A stretch of 33,600 nt of DNA from Armatimonadota bacterium (GTDB lineage Bacteria > Armatimonadota > UBA5829): positions 1 to 33,600 of the forward strand of contig JBMFPI010000001.1 in the NCBI GenBank assembly GCA_049969195.1. Direction: 5' to 3'. The notes beneath the pieces were generated by a model, which worked only from the letters and a program-made list of their open reading frames with translations, was not told where the DNA came from and ran no database searches. A program made the position numbers and the translations under genes. Shown piece by piece: positions 10,077 through 19,407 of this stretch. The number at the start of each line of letters is the position of its first letter. Positions within the stretch are counted from its first letter, which is position 1.

Positions 10077-10170
10077 TGAGGTTGTTGCGATAGAAAACAA
10101 ACCCGGCGTTTCCTAGCGATTCGAAGGTTGTCGACTGAGCGGGAGAATCTACGAAAACGCTATCCCAAGG
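10077..10170 (-). repeat. PE copy E2 (near full, inverted orientation)
   Basis: TGAGGTTGTTGCGATAG-AAAACAAACCC-GGCGTTTCCTAGCGAT-TCGAAGGTTGTCGACTGAGCGGGAGAA-TCTACGAAAACGC-TATCCCAAGG. The distal outer arm is eroded. Confidence 0.75.
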
Positions 10171-10217
10171 GCCTGATATGTGGCTCCGGGGGCAGCATCT
10201 GAACACAGGGGTGCCGA

Positions 10218-10970
10218 ATGTTCAAAGGCAAGAAAGTCGTTGTGGTAATGCCTGCCTACAACGCCGAGCAAACTCTGCGCCGCACCTATGAGGAGGTAAT
10301 GGAGCAGGAGGTAGTGGACCAGGTTATCGTGGTGGACGATGCGAGCAAGGACGCCACGGTGGCCATTGCAAGGACGCTGCCGAACGTCATAGTGCACGTT
10401 CACCCGGAGAATATGGGCTACGGGGCCAACCAGAAGACATGCTACAGGCTTGCACTGGACGCAGGCGCCGACATCGTGATCATGGTCCATCCCGACTACC
10501 AGTATACCCCGAAGCTGATCCCGGCAATGGCCGCTCTCATAGGCAACGGCTTGTATTCGTGTGTGATCGGTTCTAGGGTGCTCGGCCGAGGCGCACTCAA
10601 AGGCGGTATGCCGCTGTGGAAGTACGTTGCGAACCGGTTTCTTACAATGGTCGAAAACGTGCTTCTGGGCATTAAGCTCTCCGAATATCACAGCGGTTAC
10701 CGCGCGTTCTCGCGCGAACTGCTCGAGCAGCTCCCTCTGGATGCCAACTCGGACGATTTCGTATTCGACAACCAGATGCTTGCTCAGATCGCGTGGTTCG
10801 GCCACACGATCGCCGAGATAAGCTGTCCTACAAAGTATTTCGCCGAGGCGTCTTCAATCAACTTTCGACGCAGCGTGATCTACGGTTTCGGCTGCCTGGC
10901 GACCGGGCTGAAGTTTCGCCTGGCCAGGTGGCGACTGATCAACTCGAAGATGCTCCCTAGGCATGCGTAG
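10218..10970 (+). CDS. GT2 family glycosyltransferase, polyprenyl-phosphate sugar synthase-like (DPM1/GtrB-like)
   Basis: [37 protein letters not shown]. The 250-aa soluble GT-A layout is typical of DPM1/GtrB-type enzymes. Its stop overlaps the start of the next gene (ATGCGTAG). Confidence 0.85.
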   Translation: MFKGKKVVVVMPAYNAEQTLRRTYEEVMEQEVVDQVIVVDDASKDATVAIARTLPNVIVHVHPENMGYGANQKTCYRLALDAGADIVIMVHPDYQYTPKLIPAMAALIGNGLYSCVIGSRVLGRGALKGGMPLWKYVANRFLTMVENVLLGIKLSEYHSGYRAFSRELLEQLPLDANSDDFVFDNQMLAQIAWFGHTIAEISCPTKYFAEASSINFRRSVIYGFGCLATGLKFRLARWRLINSKMLPRHA

Positions 10971-12561
10971 AAAAAGCTCCCACCCCGTCGATGTGTGGAT
11001 CGCAGTGCTTCTGGCGGGGCTGACCTTCGCTATCTATTTCCAGACGATGCGGTTCGAGTTCACCAACCTGGACGACAACCGCTACGTCACCGAAAACCCG
11101 TACGTCAAAGCAGGCCTCACGCTCCGCGGTATCGCCTGGGCGTTCACTACGCCCTACGCGGCCAATTGGCACCCGCTCACGTGGCTGTCGCATATGCTCG
11201 ATTGCAGCTTGAGCGGCCTAAACCCGGGCAGACACCATCTCACGAATGTTCTCTTGCACGCCGCCAACTCGATCCTGCTATTTGCGGTTCTTCTCAGGCT
11301 CACCGGATTTCGATGGCGAAGCGCTGCCGTGGCGGCCCTTTTTGCCGCGCACCCCCTGCACGTGGAATCGGTCGCGTGGGTCGCCGAGCGCAAGGACGTG
11401 CTTAGCACATTGTTCTGGCTCTTCACGATGCTGGCATACGCGGGCTACGTAAGAAGACCTGATCGTGCCCGGTACGTATTGGTCTTCCTGCTCTACGTGC
11501 TTGGCCTCCTGTCGAAACCGATGCTCGTCTCGTTGCCGCTGGTACTGCTGGCGGTAGACTACTGGCCCCTGGGCCGCATCGCCAGGCGGGGGGCGTTTCG
11601 TTCGATTCTCATCGAAAAGATCCCGCTGTTGGCGGCGGCGCTGGCGTCTTGCGTTGTGACATTCTGGGTTCAGAGGGCCAGCGGAGCGATGCGGGCGATG
11701 GACGTCTACCCAATTGGTGCGCGGCTGGCAAACGCCGTGGTTGCGTATGCGGCGTACATCGTCAAGGCGATATGGCCAGTCGGCCTGGCTTGTTTCTATC
11801 CGCATCCGGGACCGAATCTGCCTTTGTGGCAGACCGTTGCCTCTACCGTAGCCCTCGGCATTGTTACAGCCGTAGCGGTATGCCTGCGAGGCCGAAGACC
11901 GTATATACTTGTGGGATGGATGTGGTATCTGGTTACGCTGATTCCCGTGATCGGCCTGGTGCAGGTCGGCCGACAGGCGATGGCCGACCGGTACACCTAC
12001 GTTCCGTTGGTCGGCATATTCATCATTGCGGCCTGGGCTGTCGGTGACTTTGTTGTCGGAAGCAGGCGGCGGACGGCCGTCGCCGTGGGCGCTCTGTGTG
12101 CGATCCTGACGGTCCTATCGGTCTCGGCTTTCGTACAAACCGGCTACTGGCGGGATAGTATCACGCTGTTCAGCCGCGCCGTTCGGGTCACCCGGAACAA
12201 CGGTTTCGCGGAGTACAATCTCGGTTGTGCGCTGCTCTCGAATGGGGACCGTGAGTCTGCGTGCTACCATGTGCGCAGGGCGCTTCGAATGTTGCCCTGG
12301 GATCCGATTACTAGGAACGGCCTCGGCTGTGACCTCGTGGAGCAAGGCCTGCTGACCGAAGCAATCGAGTGTTTTCAGGCGGCGATCCGGCGCAACCCTG
12401 CGTTCGTCGAAGCTTATTTGAATCTTGGGGTCGCGTACGCGCGAACCGGGAACACGGCGGAGGCAGTTCGAAGCTTCCGAAAAGCACTTCAGCTCGATCC
12501 AGGCAGCACAAGCGCCCGCAGAGCCCTGCAAACGCTCGAGGAACGCTTGGGGGTGAAGTGA
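10963..12561 (+). CDS. TMTC-like GT-C glycosyltransferase with C-terminal TPR repeats, paralogue 2
   Basis: [51 protein letters not shown] and [14 protein letters not shown], with TPR repeats at the C-terminus. Confidence 0.85.
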   Translation: MRRKSSHPVDVWIAVLLAGLTFAIYFQTMRFEFTNLDDNRYVTENPYVKAGLTLRGIAWAFTTPYAANWHPLTWLSHMLDCSLSGLNPGRHHLTNVLLHAANSILLFAVLLRLTGFRWRSAAVAALFAAHPLHVESVAWVAERKDVLSTLFWLFTMLAYAGYVRRPDRARYVLVFLLYVLGLLSKPMLVSLPLVLLAVDYWPLGRIARRGAFRSILIEKIPLLAAALASCVVTFWVQRASGAMRAMDVYPIGARLANAVVAYAAYIVKAIWPVGLACFYPHPGPNLPLWQTVASTVALGIVTAVAVCLRGRRPYILVGWMWYLVTLIPVIGLVQVGRQAMADRYTYVPLVGIFIIAAWAVGDFVVGSRRRTAVAVGALCAILTVLSVSAFVQTGYWRDSITLFSRAVRVTRNNGFAEYNLGCALLSNGDRESACYHVRRALRMLPWDPITRNGLGCDLVEQGLLTEAIECFQAAIRRNPAFVEAYLNLGVAYARTGNTAEAVRSFRKALQLDPGSTSARRALQTLEERLGVK

Positions 12562-12562
12562 C

Positions 12563-14221
12563 GTGAGCAGAAAAAACCTCAGGAACCCTGATCTATGGAT
12601 CGCTATTGGTCTTGCCATTTTGACCCTTGCGATCTACTGGCAAACCGTACACTTCGACTTCACAAGCTTCGACGACGACAAGTACGCCGAGGAAAACCCT
12701 GCGGTGCGAATCGGCGTACGGTCCCAGACTGTGCTCTGGGCACTCCGCACCAACTACATGGCCAACTGGCATCCGCTCACCTGGATATCCCTTATGGCGG
12801 ACACCGATGCGGCCGCTATCGCCTACTGGCTATTCGACATCAGCCTGGGAAAGCAAAACTCGGGGTTTCACCACCTCGGCAACATACTGCTGCACACAGC
12901 CAACGCAGTGCTGCTTTTCCTTGTGCTCAACGTAATGACAGGCCGGCGGTGGCCGAGTGCGTTCGTCGCGGCTCTGTTCGCGGTGCACCCACTGCACGTG
13001 GAGTCGGTAGCCTGGATATCGGAGCGAAAAGACGTGCTGAGCACATTGTTCTGGCTGTTGACAATGATGGCATACGTGCGTTACGTACGGAACCCGGGCA
13101 CCAGGGCGTACCTGTGGGTTGTCGGCGCCTATGCGCTCGGGTTGATGTCGAAGTCGATGCTGGTTTCGCTACCCATCGTGCTTCTTTTGCTGGATCTGTG
13201 GCCTCTTCACCGCGACACGCGGTCCTACCGCGAGCTATTCGTCGAGAAAGTGCCCCTATTTGTACTTGCTGCCATCACGTGTGTGCTCACTTTGTGGGCT
13301 CAAAAGTCCGGCGGAGCAGTGGCAAGCATAGCCGACTACCCCATTGGCGTAAGGTTGGCTAACGCCGCAGTCGCCTACTTCGCTTATCTGTGGAAGATGA
13401 TCTGGCCGGTGGGATTGTCGATGCTGTATCTACACCCCGGGAGAGGTCTTCCGGTCTGGCAGGTTCTCGGATCGGTTATCGGCCTGATTGTGCTGACGGT
13501 AGCCGCGATCCGAGTGGCTCGAAGTCGACCCTACTTCACCGTCGGATGGCTCTGGTACCTCATAACGCTCGTGCCTGTGATCGGCATCGTACAGGTCGGC
13601 AAGCAGGCGATGGCGGATCGGTATACCTACGTGCCGTTAATCGGAATATTCGTGGCGATAGCATGGGGGGTTCCCGATGTGTTGGGAAGACGCGAAGGGC
13701 GGCAGCAGGTCGCAGGATCGATTGCCCTTGGGATCACAAGCTGCCTGGTAATCGCCGCGCTAGCCGCAACGGCGTATCCCAGAATCGGCGTGTGGCGAAA
13801 CAACGTCACGCTTTTCACCAGCGCCATAGCGGTGGACCCCAAGAACTCGTTCGCCTACTGCGGCCTGGGAACCGAGCTCATCGATCAGGGCGATACTGAA
13901 GGTGCCATTAGAAACCTCCTGAAAGCCCTGAAATACCATCCTGAGTATACGGACGCGCGATACAACCTCGCTGAGGCGTATCGCGAGGCCGGAAGAATCG
14001 ACAAGGCGATCGAGCAATATAAGCTCGTAATTCGGCAGTGCCCCAGGTACGAAAGAGCTCATAACAACCTCGGCAGCATATACGCCCTGCAAGGCAAGTA
14101 CGATCTGGCAATTGCCGAGTTCAAAACCGTTCTGAAAATCAACCCTCATCATCCGAGCGCGCGTAACAACCTCCGAAACGCTCAACGCGCTAAAGCAGCC
14201 AAAGCAGGACTTCTCCGATAG
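12563..14221 (+). CDS. TMTC-like GT-C glycosyltransferase with C-terminal TPR repeats, paralogue 3
   Basis: GTG start 1 nt after the paralogue-2 stop. FDFTSFDD, NWHPLTWISLM, an extra ~25-aa insertion (ADTDAAAIAYWLFDISLGKQNSGF), [37 protein letters not shown], then TPR repeats. Confidence 0.85.
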   Translation: MSRKNLRNPDLWIAIGLAILTLAIYWQTVHFDFTSFDDDKYAEENPAVRIGVRSQTVLWALRTNYMANWHPLTWISLMADTDAAAIAYWLFDISLGKQNSGFHHLGNILLHTANAVLLFLVLNVMTGRRWPSAFVAALFAVHPLHVESVAWISERKDVLSTLFWLLTMMAYVRYVRNPGTRAYLWVVGAYALGLMSKSMLVSLPIVLLLLDLWPLHRDTRSYRELFVEKVPLFVLAAITCVLTLWAQKSGGAVASIADYPIGVRLANAAVAYFAYLWKMIWPVGLSMLYLHPGRGLPVWQVLGSVIGLIVLTVAAIRVARSRPYFTVGWLWYLITLVPVIGIVQVGKQAMADRYTYVPLIGIFVAIAWGVPDVLGRREGRQQVAGSIALGITSCLVIAALAATAYPRIGVWRNNVTLFTSAIAVDPKNSFAYCGLGTELIDQGDTEGAIRNLLKALKYHPEYTDARYNLAEAYREAGRIDKAIEQYKLVIRQCPRYERAHNNLGSIYALQGKYDLAIAEFKTVLKINPHHPSARNNLRNAQRAKAAKAGLLR

Positions 14222-14230
14222 GACATCATC

Positions 14231-14248
14231 GGGCGCGTTTTCGGCAGA
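14231..14248. repeat. PE core motif only (copy F remnant)
   Basis: GGGCGCGTTTTCGGCAGA, 10 nt after the paralogue-3 stop. No partner arm is recognisable. Confidence 0.3.
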
Positions 14249-14358
14249 CTTAGGCGCGGCGCCAACAGTCATTCCGAGCGGTGCAGGGCTTTTCGGCACG
14301 ACTGTCGAACCTACATCCGGCACCGATGCCGATAACGTGCACTTCGAGGTATTTAGCC

Positions 14359-15804
14359 GTGTCAGCAGTCGTCCTGGAAGAACCGATTGTCGGATGCCCA
14401 CCGTTTCGGCGGCTGTTTTTGGACGCCATGGTCGTCGAGGAGTCCGAGGGGCTCAGCCGCATTTTTCACGCCGCAGAAAAGCATCCTGCAAACCCCGTGA
14501 TGCCGAAGGACCGACCCTGGGAAGGCTGGGGACCGTATGTCTACGGCACTGTTATGTGGGACGAAGGCAAGCTCAAGATGTGGTACCAGGTTATCAACCC
14601 GGACCCCGGCATCCACGCGGGCGCTCTGTACGCTGAATCGGGGGACGGTATCAACTGGTTCAAGCCAGACCTGGGAATTGTGGAGTGTCTGGGTTCAACC
14701 GCGAACAACATCTTTGCTGAAAGCGAATGCGGGATTCCCAGCGTGATGAAACTGGCCGACCCGGAGTCGGAGGACAAACGCTGGGCGGTCTACAGCTACG
14801 GACGCGGGGACGTAGGGCCGCACGTAGCGTTCTCTTCCGACGGGCTTCGCTTCCGCTGGCACGAGAAGCCCGAGTACATGAAACTTTTCTCCAGCGGCGA
14901 CGTCGTGAATTTCTTCTATGATCCCTACCGAAACAGGTATGTATCCACGCTCAAGAGCGGCAGCCGAAGACACCGCGCGGTCGGCGTTGCGTTCTCGAAC
15001 GACGGCATCAACTGGCACAAGCCTATCGACTCTGCCGTTTTCGCCGCGGATGACCTGGACCCGGACGCAACTCAAGTCTACGGCATGCCCGTATTCTGCT
15101 ACCAGGGCTGCTATGTCGGCCTGCCGTGGATCTACCACGCCCGATGGATCAAATACGGCAAGTACACGTCTCCAAAGGTTATGTACGAGGCTCAGGAGGG
15201 CAGCCCGTGCACTGTGGATGTGCAACTTGCCTGGAGCTGGGACATGATAAACTGGACGCGCACGCCGACGCGCGAGCCGTTTCTCGCACTCGGTAAGTGG
15301 CCTCACGACTTCGACTGCGGCATGATCTACACGGCACGGGCGCCGGTCGTGGTTGACGACAAGCTGTATTTCTACTACGGCGGGTTCGACAGGCTTCACG
15401 ACGCCGACTTCGACAAGATCAAGGGCGCAATCGGCCTCGCTACCCTGCGACTGGACGGGTTCTGCTCGATGAGCGCCGGCAATGAAGAGGGCTGGCTGAT
15501 CAGCAGGCGCGAGGTGTTCAATACTCCGCGTGTTGCAATCAACGCTCGCATGAGGCCCGGCGGCTATGTACTAGCCGAGCTGGTAGACCGCCACAACAAC
15601 GTGATAGACGGTTTCTCACGAGCAGAATGCGTGCCGTTTGTGGGCGACTCGACCTGCCATGTGCTTGAGTGGAAAACCAGGTCTTTCCCCGCGGAGCTGA
15701 CGGACAAGGACAAGAAGATCAAGTTCTACCTGAAAAACGCCGACCTCTACTCGTACCTGCCGCAGGACATCAACACGCAAATCGACGCGTGGCCGCCCGA
15801 CTAG
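14359..15804 (+). CDS. beta-propeller glycoside-hydrolase-like protein (GH32/43/130-type fold)
   Basis: GTG 14359 (GAGG 9 nt upstream) gives MSAVVLEEPIVGCPPFRRLFLDAMVVEE...KHPANPVM. Recurring blade motifs: SGDGINW, SSDGLRFRW, SNDGINW, WDMINW. No signal peptide. The family call is approximate. Confidence 0.65.
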   Translation: MSAVVLEEPIVGCPPFRRLFLDAMVVEESEGLSRIFHAAEKHPANPVMPKDRPWEGWGPYVYGTVMWDEGKLKMWYQVINPDPGIHAGALYAESGDGINWFKPDLGIVECLGSTANNIFAESECGIPSVMKLADPESEDKRWAVYSYGRGDVGPHVAFSSDGLRFRWHEKPEYMKLFSSGDVVNFFYDPYRNRYVSTLKSGSRRHRAVGVAFSNDGINWHKPIDSAVFAADDLDPDATQVYGMPVFCYQGCYVGLPWIYHARWIKYGKYTSPKVMYEAQEGSPCTVDVQLAWSWDMINWTRTPTREPFLALGKWPHDFDCGMIYTARAPVVVDDKLYFYYGGFDRLHDADFDKIKGAIGLATLRLDGFCSMSAGNEEGWLISRREVFNTPRVAINARMRPGGYVLAELVDRHNNVIDGFSRAECVPFVGDSTCHVLEWKTRSFPAELTDKDKKIKFYLKNADLYSYLPQDINTQIDAWPPD

Positions 15805-15903
15805 CTCGGGCTCGGACTTGGCGCTGAGGCATTGCCGGGCTTAGGCCTCGCCAGCCCGGTTGCAGGCGGATTCGACGCGCGACGGCTCGACGCTCCGGCG
15901 TCT

Positions 15904-16002
15904 CGAGGTTGCTGCATTAGACCTAGACCGGGTGTTTTCGGCATTCAGATGCTTCTCATACGAGCAGCAGAATCACTGAAAATGCCTCTATCGTAACAGC
16001 CT
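15904..16002 (-). repeat. PE copy G (full, inverted orientation)
   Basis: CGAGGTTGCTGCATTAG-ACCTAGACCGG-GTGTTTTCGGCAT ... TCACTGAAAATGCC-TCTATCGTAACAGCCT. The 11-bp inner stem (15931-15941 with 15976-15986) has 3 G:U pairs on +. Confidence 0.8.
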
Positions 16003-16018
16003 AGGGACTTGAAGCGTA

Positions 16019-16047
16019 TTGCTTGCGGCCCGTGCGTAGACTAACAT
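16019..16047 (+). promoter_or_regulatory. candidate promoter immediately upstream of the radical SAM gene
   Basis: TTGCTT-17 nt-TAACAT. The -10 ends 6 nt before the GTG at 16054, so the mRNA would be leaderless or nearly so. Confidence 0.3.
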
Positions 16048-16053
16048 GAGATT

Positions 16054-17658
16054 GTGGGCATCGAGCTCAAGAAAAAAGCGCGCACAAGGCTTGCTGCGGA
16101 GCAGCGAAAGGTCAAGGCTGACCGCGCCGCACCTGTTCGTTTCGCCCTCGCCTATCCCAACGTATACCGCGTCGGAATCGCCTCGCTGGGCTTTCAGCTT
16201 GTCTACCGGATGATCAACGATCTTCCCGATGCTTCGTGCGAGCGCGTCTTCGTGCCGGACCCGGAAGATCTCAAGGAACACGAGAGAACCGGCACAGAGC
16301 TCTTTACCCTGGAGAGCCAATCCCCTCTTTCCGAGTTCGACATCGTGGGTTTCTCGATCGCGTTCGAGATGGACTACCTCAACGTGCTTCGAGTTTTGCG
16401 GCTTGCCAACATTCCCATCAGGTCGGTCGATCGAAATGACTCACACCCGCTGGTAATAGCCGGCGGACCGTGTGCAACGCTGAATCCGGAGCCGCTTGCC
16501 GACTTCGTGGATGCGTTCGTAGTCGGCGACGCGGAGGACGTTCTCTCTCGATTAGTCCCTTCGGTTCTTGAGCACAGGAGCGCAGGCCGGGCCGGATTAC
16601 TCAGGGCGCTCGCAGAACTGAGCGAGGTGTATGTGCCGTCCTATGGCCGCGGCGCAACGCGGGCGGTGTGTAGATGTTTGTCTAAACATCCGCAGAATTC
16701 TTGCATATATTCGCCCGATGGAGAGTTCGGTGAGATCGAGCTGATAGAAGTTTCACGCGGCTGCGGCAGGGGATGCCGGTTCTGCGCCGCAGGCTGGATT
16801 AGTCGTCCCGTCAGGTTCAGAGATCTCCCGGAGACTGTCGGGTCGCGCAGAACGGGTCTGATCGGCGCAGCGGTGTTCGACCATCCAGAAGTAGCGGATT
16901 TCTGCAGGCGAATCGTTACATCCCGCACTGAGTTTAGCGTGTCTAGTGTGCGCCTTGAGACGGTGACGCCCGAGATGGCGAATCTGCTGGCGGCTGGCGG
17001 CCAGAAGACACTGACTATAGCACCTGAGGCCGGCACGCAACGGCTGAGAAGGGTGATCGGAAAGGAGTGCACGGATGATCAGATAGCCAACGCGGTCTCC
17101 GCAGCCTGCAGCGCCGGCCTGCGTAAGGTCAAGCTGTACTTCATGATCGGGCTGCCGAGTGAGACGGATGCCGACGTAGACTCGATCGCCGACCTGCTCG
17201 AGGGGCTTGCGGCAGATTTTCCGTCGATTGAGGTTGAGGCATCCGTCAGCAGCTTTGTGCCGAAGCCCTGGACTCCATTTCAGTGGCATCCTATGGAGCG
17301 TGAGACCGTGCTTAGACGGCGCTATGCGGCGTTGTCCAGGCAAATACGCGCCATTCCCAGGGTCTCTTTGAGCGGCGAAAGCCCGAGACTGGCGATAATC
17401 CAGGGCGTCCTCGCGCGCGGGGACCGGCGAATGGGACAACTACTCGAGGCGGCGCTTGCAACCAACGGCGATTATCGTGCGGCGGTCCGGCAGACCGGCA
17501 TCGATATCGGATGGTATCTACACCGGCCTCGACCGTTAGATGAGGTGCTGCCCTGGGAAGTCATTGATTCAGGAATCGACAAGAAGCTTCTGTGGGCGGA
17601 GTATCAGAAGGCACTTCACGACCTTCCTGCCGACACAAACAAGGGAGGTTGCGCCTAA
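16054..17658 (+). CDS. radical SAM protein (B12-binding-like N-terminal domain; TIGR03960-like)
   Basis: VRFALAYPNVYRVGIASLGFQLVY N-terminal pattern. CxxxCxxC motif in EVSRGCGRGCRFCAAG. Confidence 0.85.
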   Translation: MGIELKKKARTRLAAEQRKVKADRAAPVRFALAYPNVYRVGIASLGFQLVYRMINDLPDASCERVFVPDPEDLKEHERTGTELFTLESQSPLSEFDIVGFSIAFEMDYLNVLRVLRLANIPIRSVDRNDSHPLVIAGGPCATLNPEPLADFVDAFVVGDAEDVLSRLVPSVLEHRSAGRAGLLRALAELSEVYVPSYGRGATRAVCRCLSKHPQNSCIYSPDGEFGEIELIEVSRGCGRGCRFCAAGWISRPVRFRDLPETVGSRRTGLIGAAVFDHPEVADFCRRIVTSRTEFSVSSVRLETVTPEMANLLAAGGQKTLTIAPEAGTQRLRRVIGKECTDDQIANAVSAACSAGLRKVKLYFMIGLPSETDADVDSIADLLEGLAADFPSIEVEASVSSFVPKPWTPFQWHPMERETVLRRRYAALSRQIRAIPRVSLSGESPRLAIIQGVLARGDRRMGQLLEAALATNGDYRAAVRQTGIDIGWYLHRPRPLDEVLPWEVIDSGIDKKLLWAEYQKALHDLPADTNKGGCA

Positions 17659-17702
17659 GAGCACACTGCTCCAGACGGCGAGAAGCGGTCGCGAATGCGT
17701 GC

Positions 17703-17731
17703 TTGACGCGGAAGGACTCGCGTGCCATACT
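17703..17731 (+). promoter_or_regulatory. candidate sigma70 promoter of yggS
   Basis: TTGACG-17 nt-CATACT, 22 nt upstream of the yggS ATG. Confidence 0.45.
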
Positions 17732-17752
17732 GTTCAACTGGTAGGTAGGGGT

Positions 17753-18448
17753 ATGCCCGGCGTTAAAGACAACCTGCGGTTGGTGATGGAACGCATCGAC
17801 GCTGCCGCGCGGAAGTCGGGGAGGACATCAAGCGACATCGCGCTGGTGGCGGTCACCAAGACGCGCAGCACGGCCGAGGTAAGAGAAGCACTGGCCTGCG
17901 GTGTCACCGACATCGGCGAAAACTACGTTCAGGAAGCCGAGGCCAAATACAGCGAGATCGGCGATGCAGCCCGCTGGCATATGATCGGACACCTGCAGCG
18001 CAACAAGGCCAGGCACGCTGTGGAAGTGTTCAGTATGATACAGAGCGTAGACAGCGAGGCGCTTGCGCGCGAGATTGGTCGGAGAGCCGAAGCAGCCGGA
18101 AAGTGCATAGACGTGCTGGTCGAGGTCAAGATCAGCGGCGAGGCGACGAAGTTTGGTGTTGAGCCGTCGGAGGCTTTACCGCTCATCGAAAAGATATCGC
18201 AGGTTACGGGAGTACGGGTATGCGGGCTGATGGGGATGGCACCCCTAGTAACAAACCCGGAGGAAACACGGCCGTATTTCGCGAAGTTGAAAGAGCTTTG
18301 GGACAGGCTGCCGAATGAGCAGCGACAATACCTGTCGATGGGGATGACCCAAGACTTTGAAGTTGCGATTGAAGAAGGGTCGAACATGGTCCGGATCGGC
18401 ACGGCCATTTTCGGCCCCAGGGCCGGGGCCGTCCCTTCGCAGCACTGA
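17753..18448 (+). CDS. yggS: PLP-binding protein YggS/PipY/PLPBP family
   Basis: ATG 17753: MPGVKDNLRLVMERIDAAARKSGR..., VAVTKT (PLP lysine), HMIGHLQRNK, MGMTQDFEVAIEEGSNMVRIGTAIFG. The track ORF has a spurious 71-aa N-terminal extension. Confidence 0.9.
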   Translation: MPGVKDNLRLVMERIDAAARKSGRTSSDIALVAVTKTRSTAEVREALACGVTDIGENYVQEAEAKYSEIGDAARWHMIGHLQRNKARHAVEVFSMIQSVDSEALAREIGRRAEAAGKCIDVLVEVKISGEATKFGVEPSEALPLIEKISQVTGVRVCGLMGMAPLVTNPEETRPYFAKLKELWDRLPNEQRQYLSMGMTQDFEVAIEEGSNMVRIGTAIFGPRAGAVPSQH

Positions 18449-18560
18449 GGCACGGCGAACCGGGGCGGGCAAAAGACTCTATAAGATTCTCAACTTGATC
18501 CAGGGTACACAACTGGACTGATGAGCCTGGTTCGGCTGGACGGCGCCGGTCTCGCGCTAC

Positions 18561-18660
18561 GGGCAATTGCGATAGCCGCGTTTTCGACGGTTGTTCCCGC
18601 TGAGTTAAGGAGCGTCGAATCTCTGGGAATGCCCTGTCTGCGTTCTATCGCACAGCCTCC
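18561..18660 (+). repeat. PE copy H (full)
   Basis: GGGCAATTGCGATAGCCGCGTTTTCGACGG ... TCTCTGGGAATGC-CCTGTCTGCGT-TCTATCGCACAGCCTCC. The 9-bp inner stem (18578-18586 with 18624-18632) contains 4 G:U pairs on +. Confidence 0.8.
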
Positions 18661-18686
18661 GCCGTGGTAGATTTGTGTTTTCGTGC

Positions 18687-18713
18687 TAGACAATCAGAAA
18701 GATACTCTATATA
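18687..18713 (+). promoter_or_regulatory. possible promoter of sepF
   Basis: TAGACA-15 nt-TATATA; the spacer is short. Confidence 0.25.
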
Positions 18714-18796
18714 GGTGCGCAAACGTCAGTGGTTCGGAGTGGTCGCCCAGCACCCAACCGTGACCTGCACCGCCATCAATTGGGAGGGTCGATAAC

Positions 18797-19246
18797 GTGA
18801 GAGCAGCGCCACTTGAAGACTACGACGACCAGCCGCGGAGCTTGTGGGAACGCCTCAAGCACCGTATGGGCTGGGACTACTACGACGACGAAGAGGAGAT
18901 CGACCTCGTCGAAGATCCGGGCGGCAGACACAGGCCGGCGCCTCTTCGCGTGCGTTCATCGCGTATCAATCACGTGTCTGTATGGCTGACGGTTGCATCG
19001 TTTGAGAATGCGCAGCAGGCTGCCGACGGTCTCAAGATGGGCCACCAGCAGATCGTGAACCTCGAGAAAGCGTCACCCGAGGTGTGCACCAGGGTCATCG
19101 ACTTCTTGAGCGGAGTCGTGTACGCGCTGAACGGGTTTGTCGAAAAGGTCGGCGACCGGGTCTACCTGTTTGCACCGGCGAACTGCATGATCCAGGTAGA
19201 AAATGGCGAGGGCCGAAAAGTGCAGGGCCCGTTCCGCGAGAATTAG
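18797..19246 (+). CDS. sepF: cell division protein SepF
   Basis: GTG start with GGGAGGG RBS. C-terminal domain VWLTVASFENAQQAADGLKMGHQQIVNLEKASPEVCTRVIDFLSGVVYALNG matches the SepF signature. Confidence 0.85.
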   Translation: MRAAPLEDYDDQPRSLWERLKHRMGWDYYDDEEEIDLVEDPGGRHRPAPLRVRSSRINHVSVWLTVASFENAQQAADGLKMGHQQIVNLEKASPEVCTRVIDFLSGVVYALNGFVEKVGDRVYLFAPANCMIQVENGEGRKVQGPFREN

Positions 19247-19281
19247 TAGATGAGGAGCCGACGCAAGAGTCGGATCCTCGC

Positions 19282-19376
19282 GGAGGTTGTTGCGGTAGGC
19301 GCGTTTTGATGACTCTCCCGCTCAGTCGAGCAGCGTTGAGTCGGCGAAAACGCTGAGTCTGCGTTCCGTTGCAATC
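19282..19376 (+). repeat. PE copy I (full, distal arm diverged)
   Basis: GGAGGTTGTTGCGGTAGGCGCGTTTTGATGAC-TCTCCCGCTCAGTCGAGCAGCGTTGAG-TCGGCGAAAACGC-TGAGTCTGCGT-TCCGTTGCAATC. It is followed by GGGGTTGTTGCACA, which looks like the start of another outer arm. Confidence 0.8.
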
Positions 19377-19407
19377 GGGGTTGTTGCACAGTCATCAGGA
19401 GCAAACT

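Noticed and set aside
10149-10805. 218-aa minus-strand ORF, and similar long antisense ORFs at 14695-15399, 16753-17439, 19416-20021, 24221-25009, 25917-26651, 29604-30497 and 32575-33354
   Set aside because: Each is fully contained in a confidently identified gene on the other strand and has skewed, low-complexity composition.
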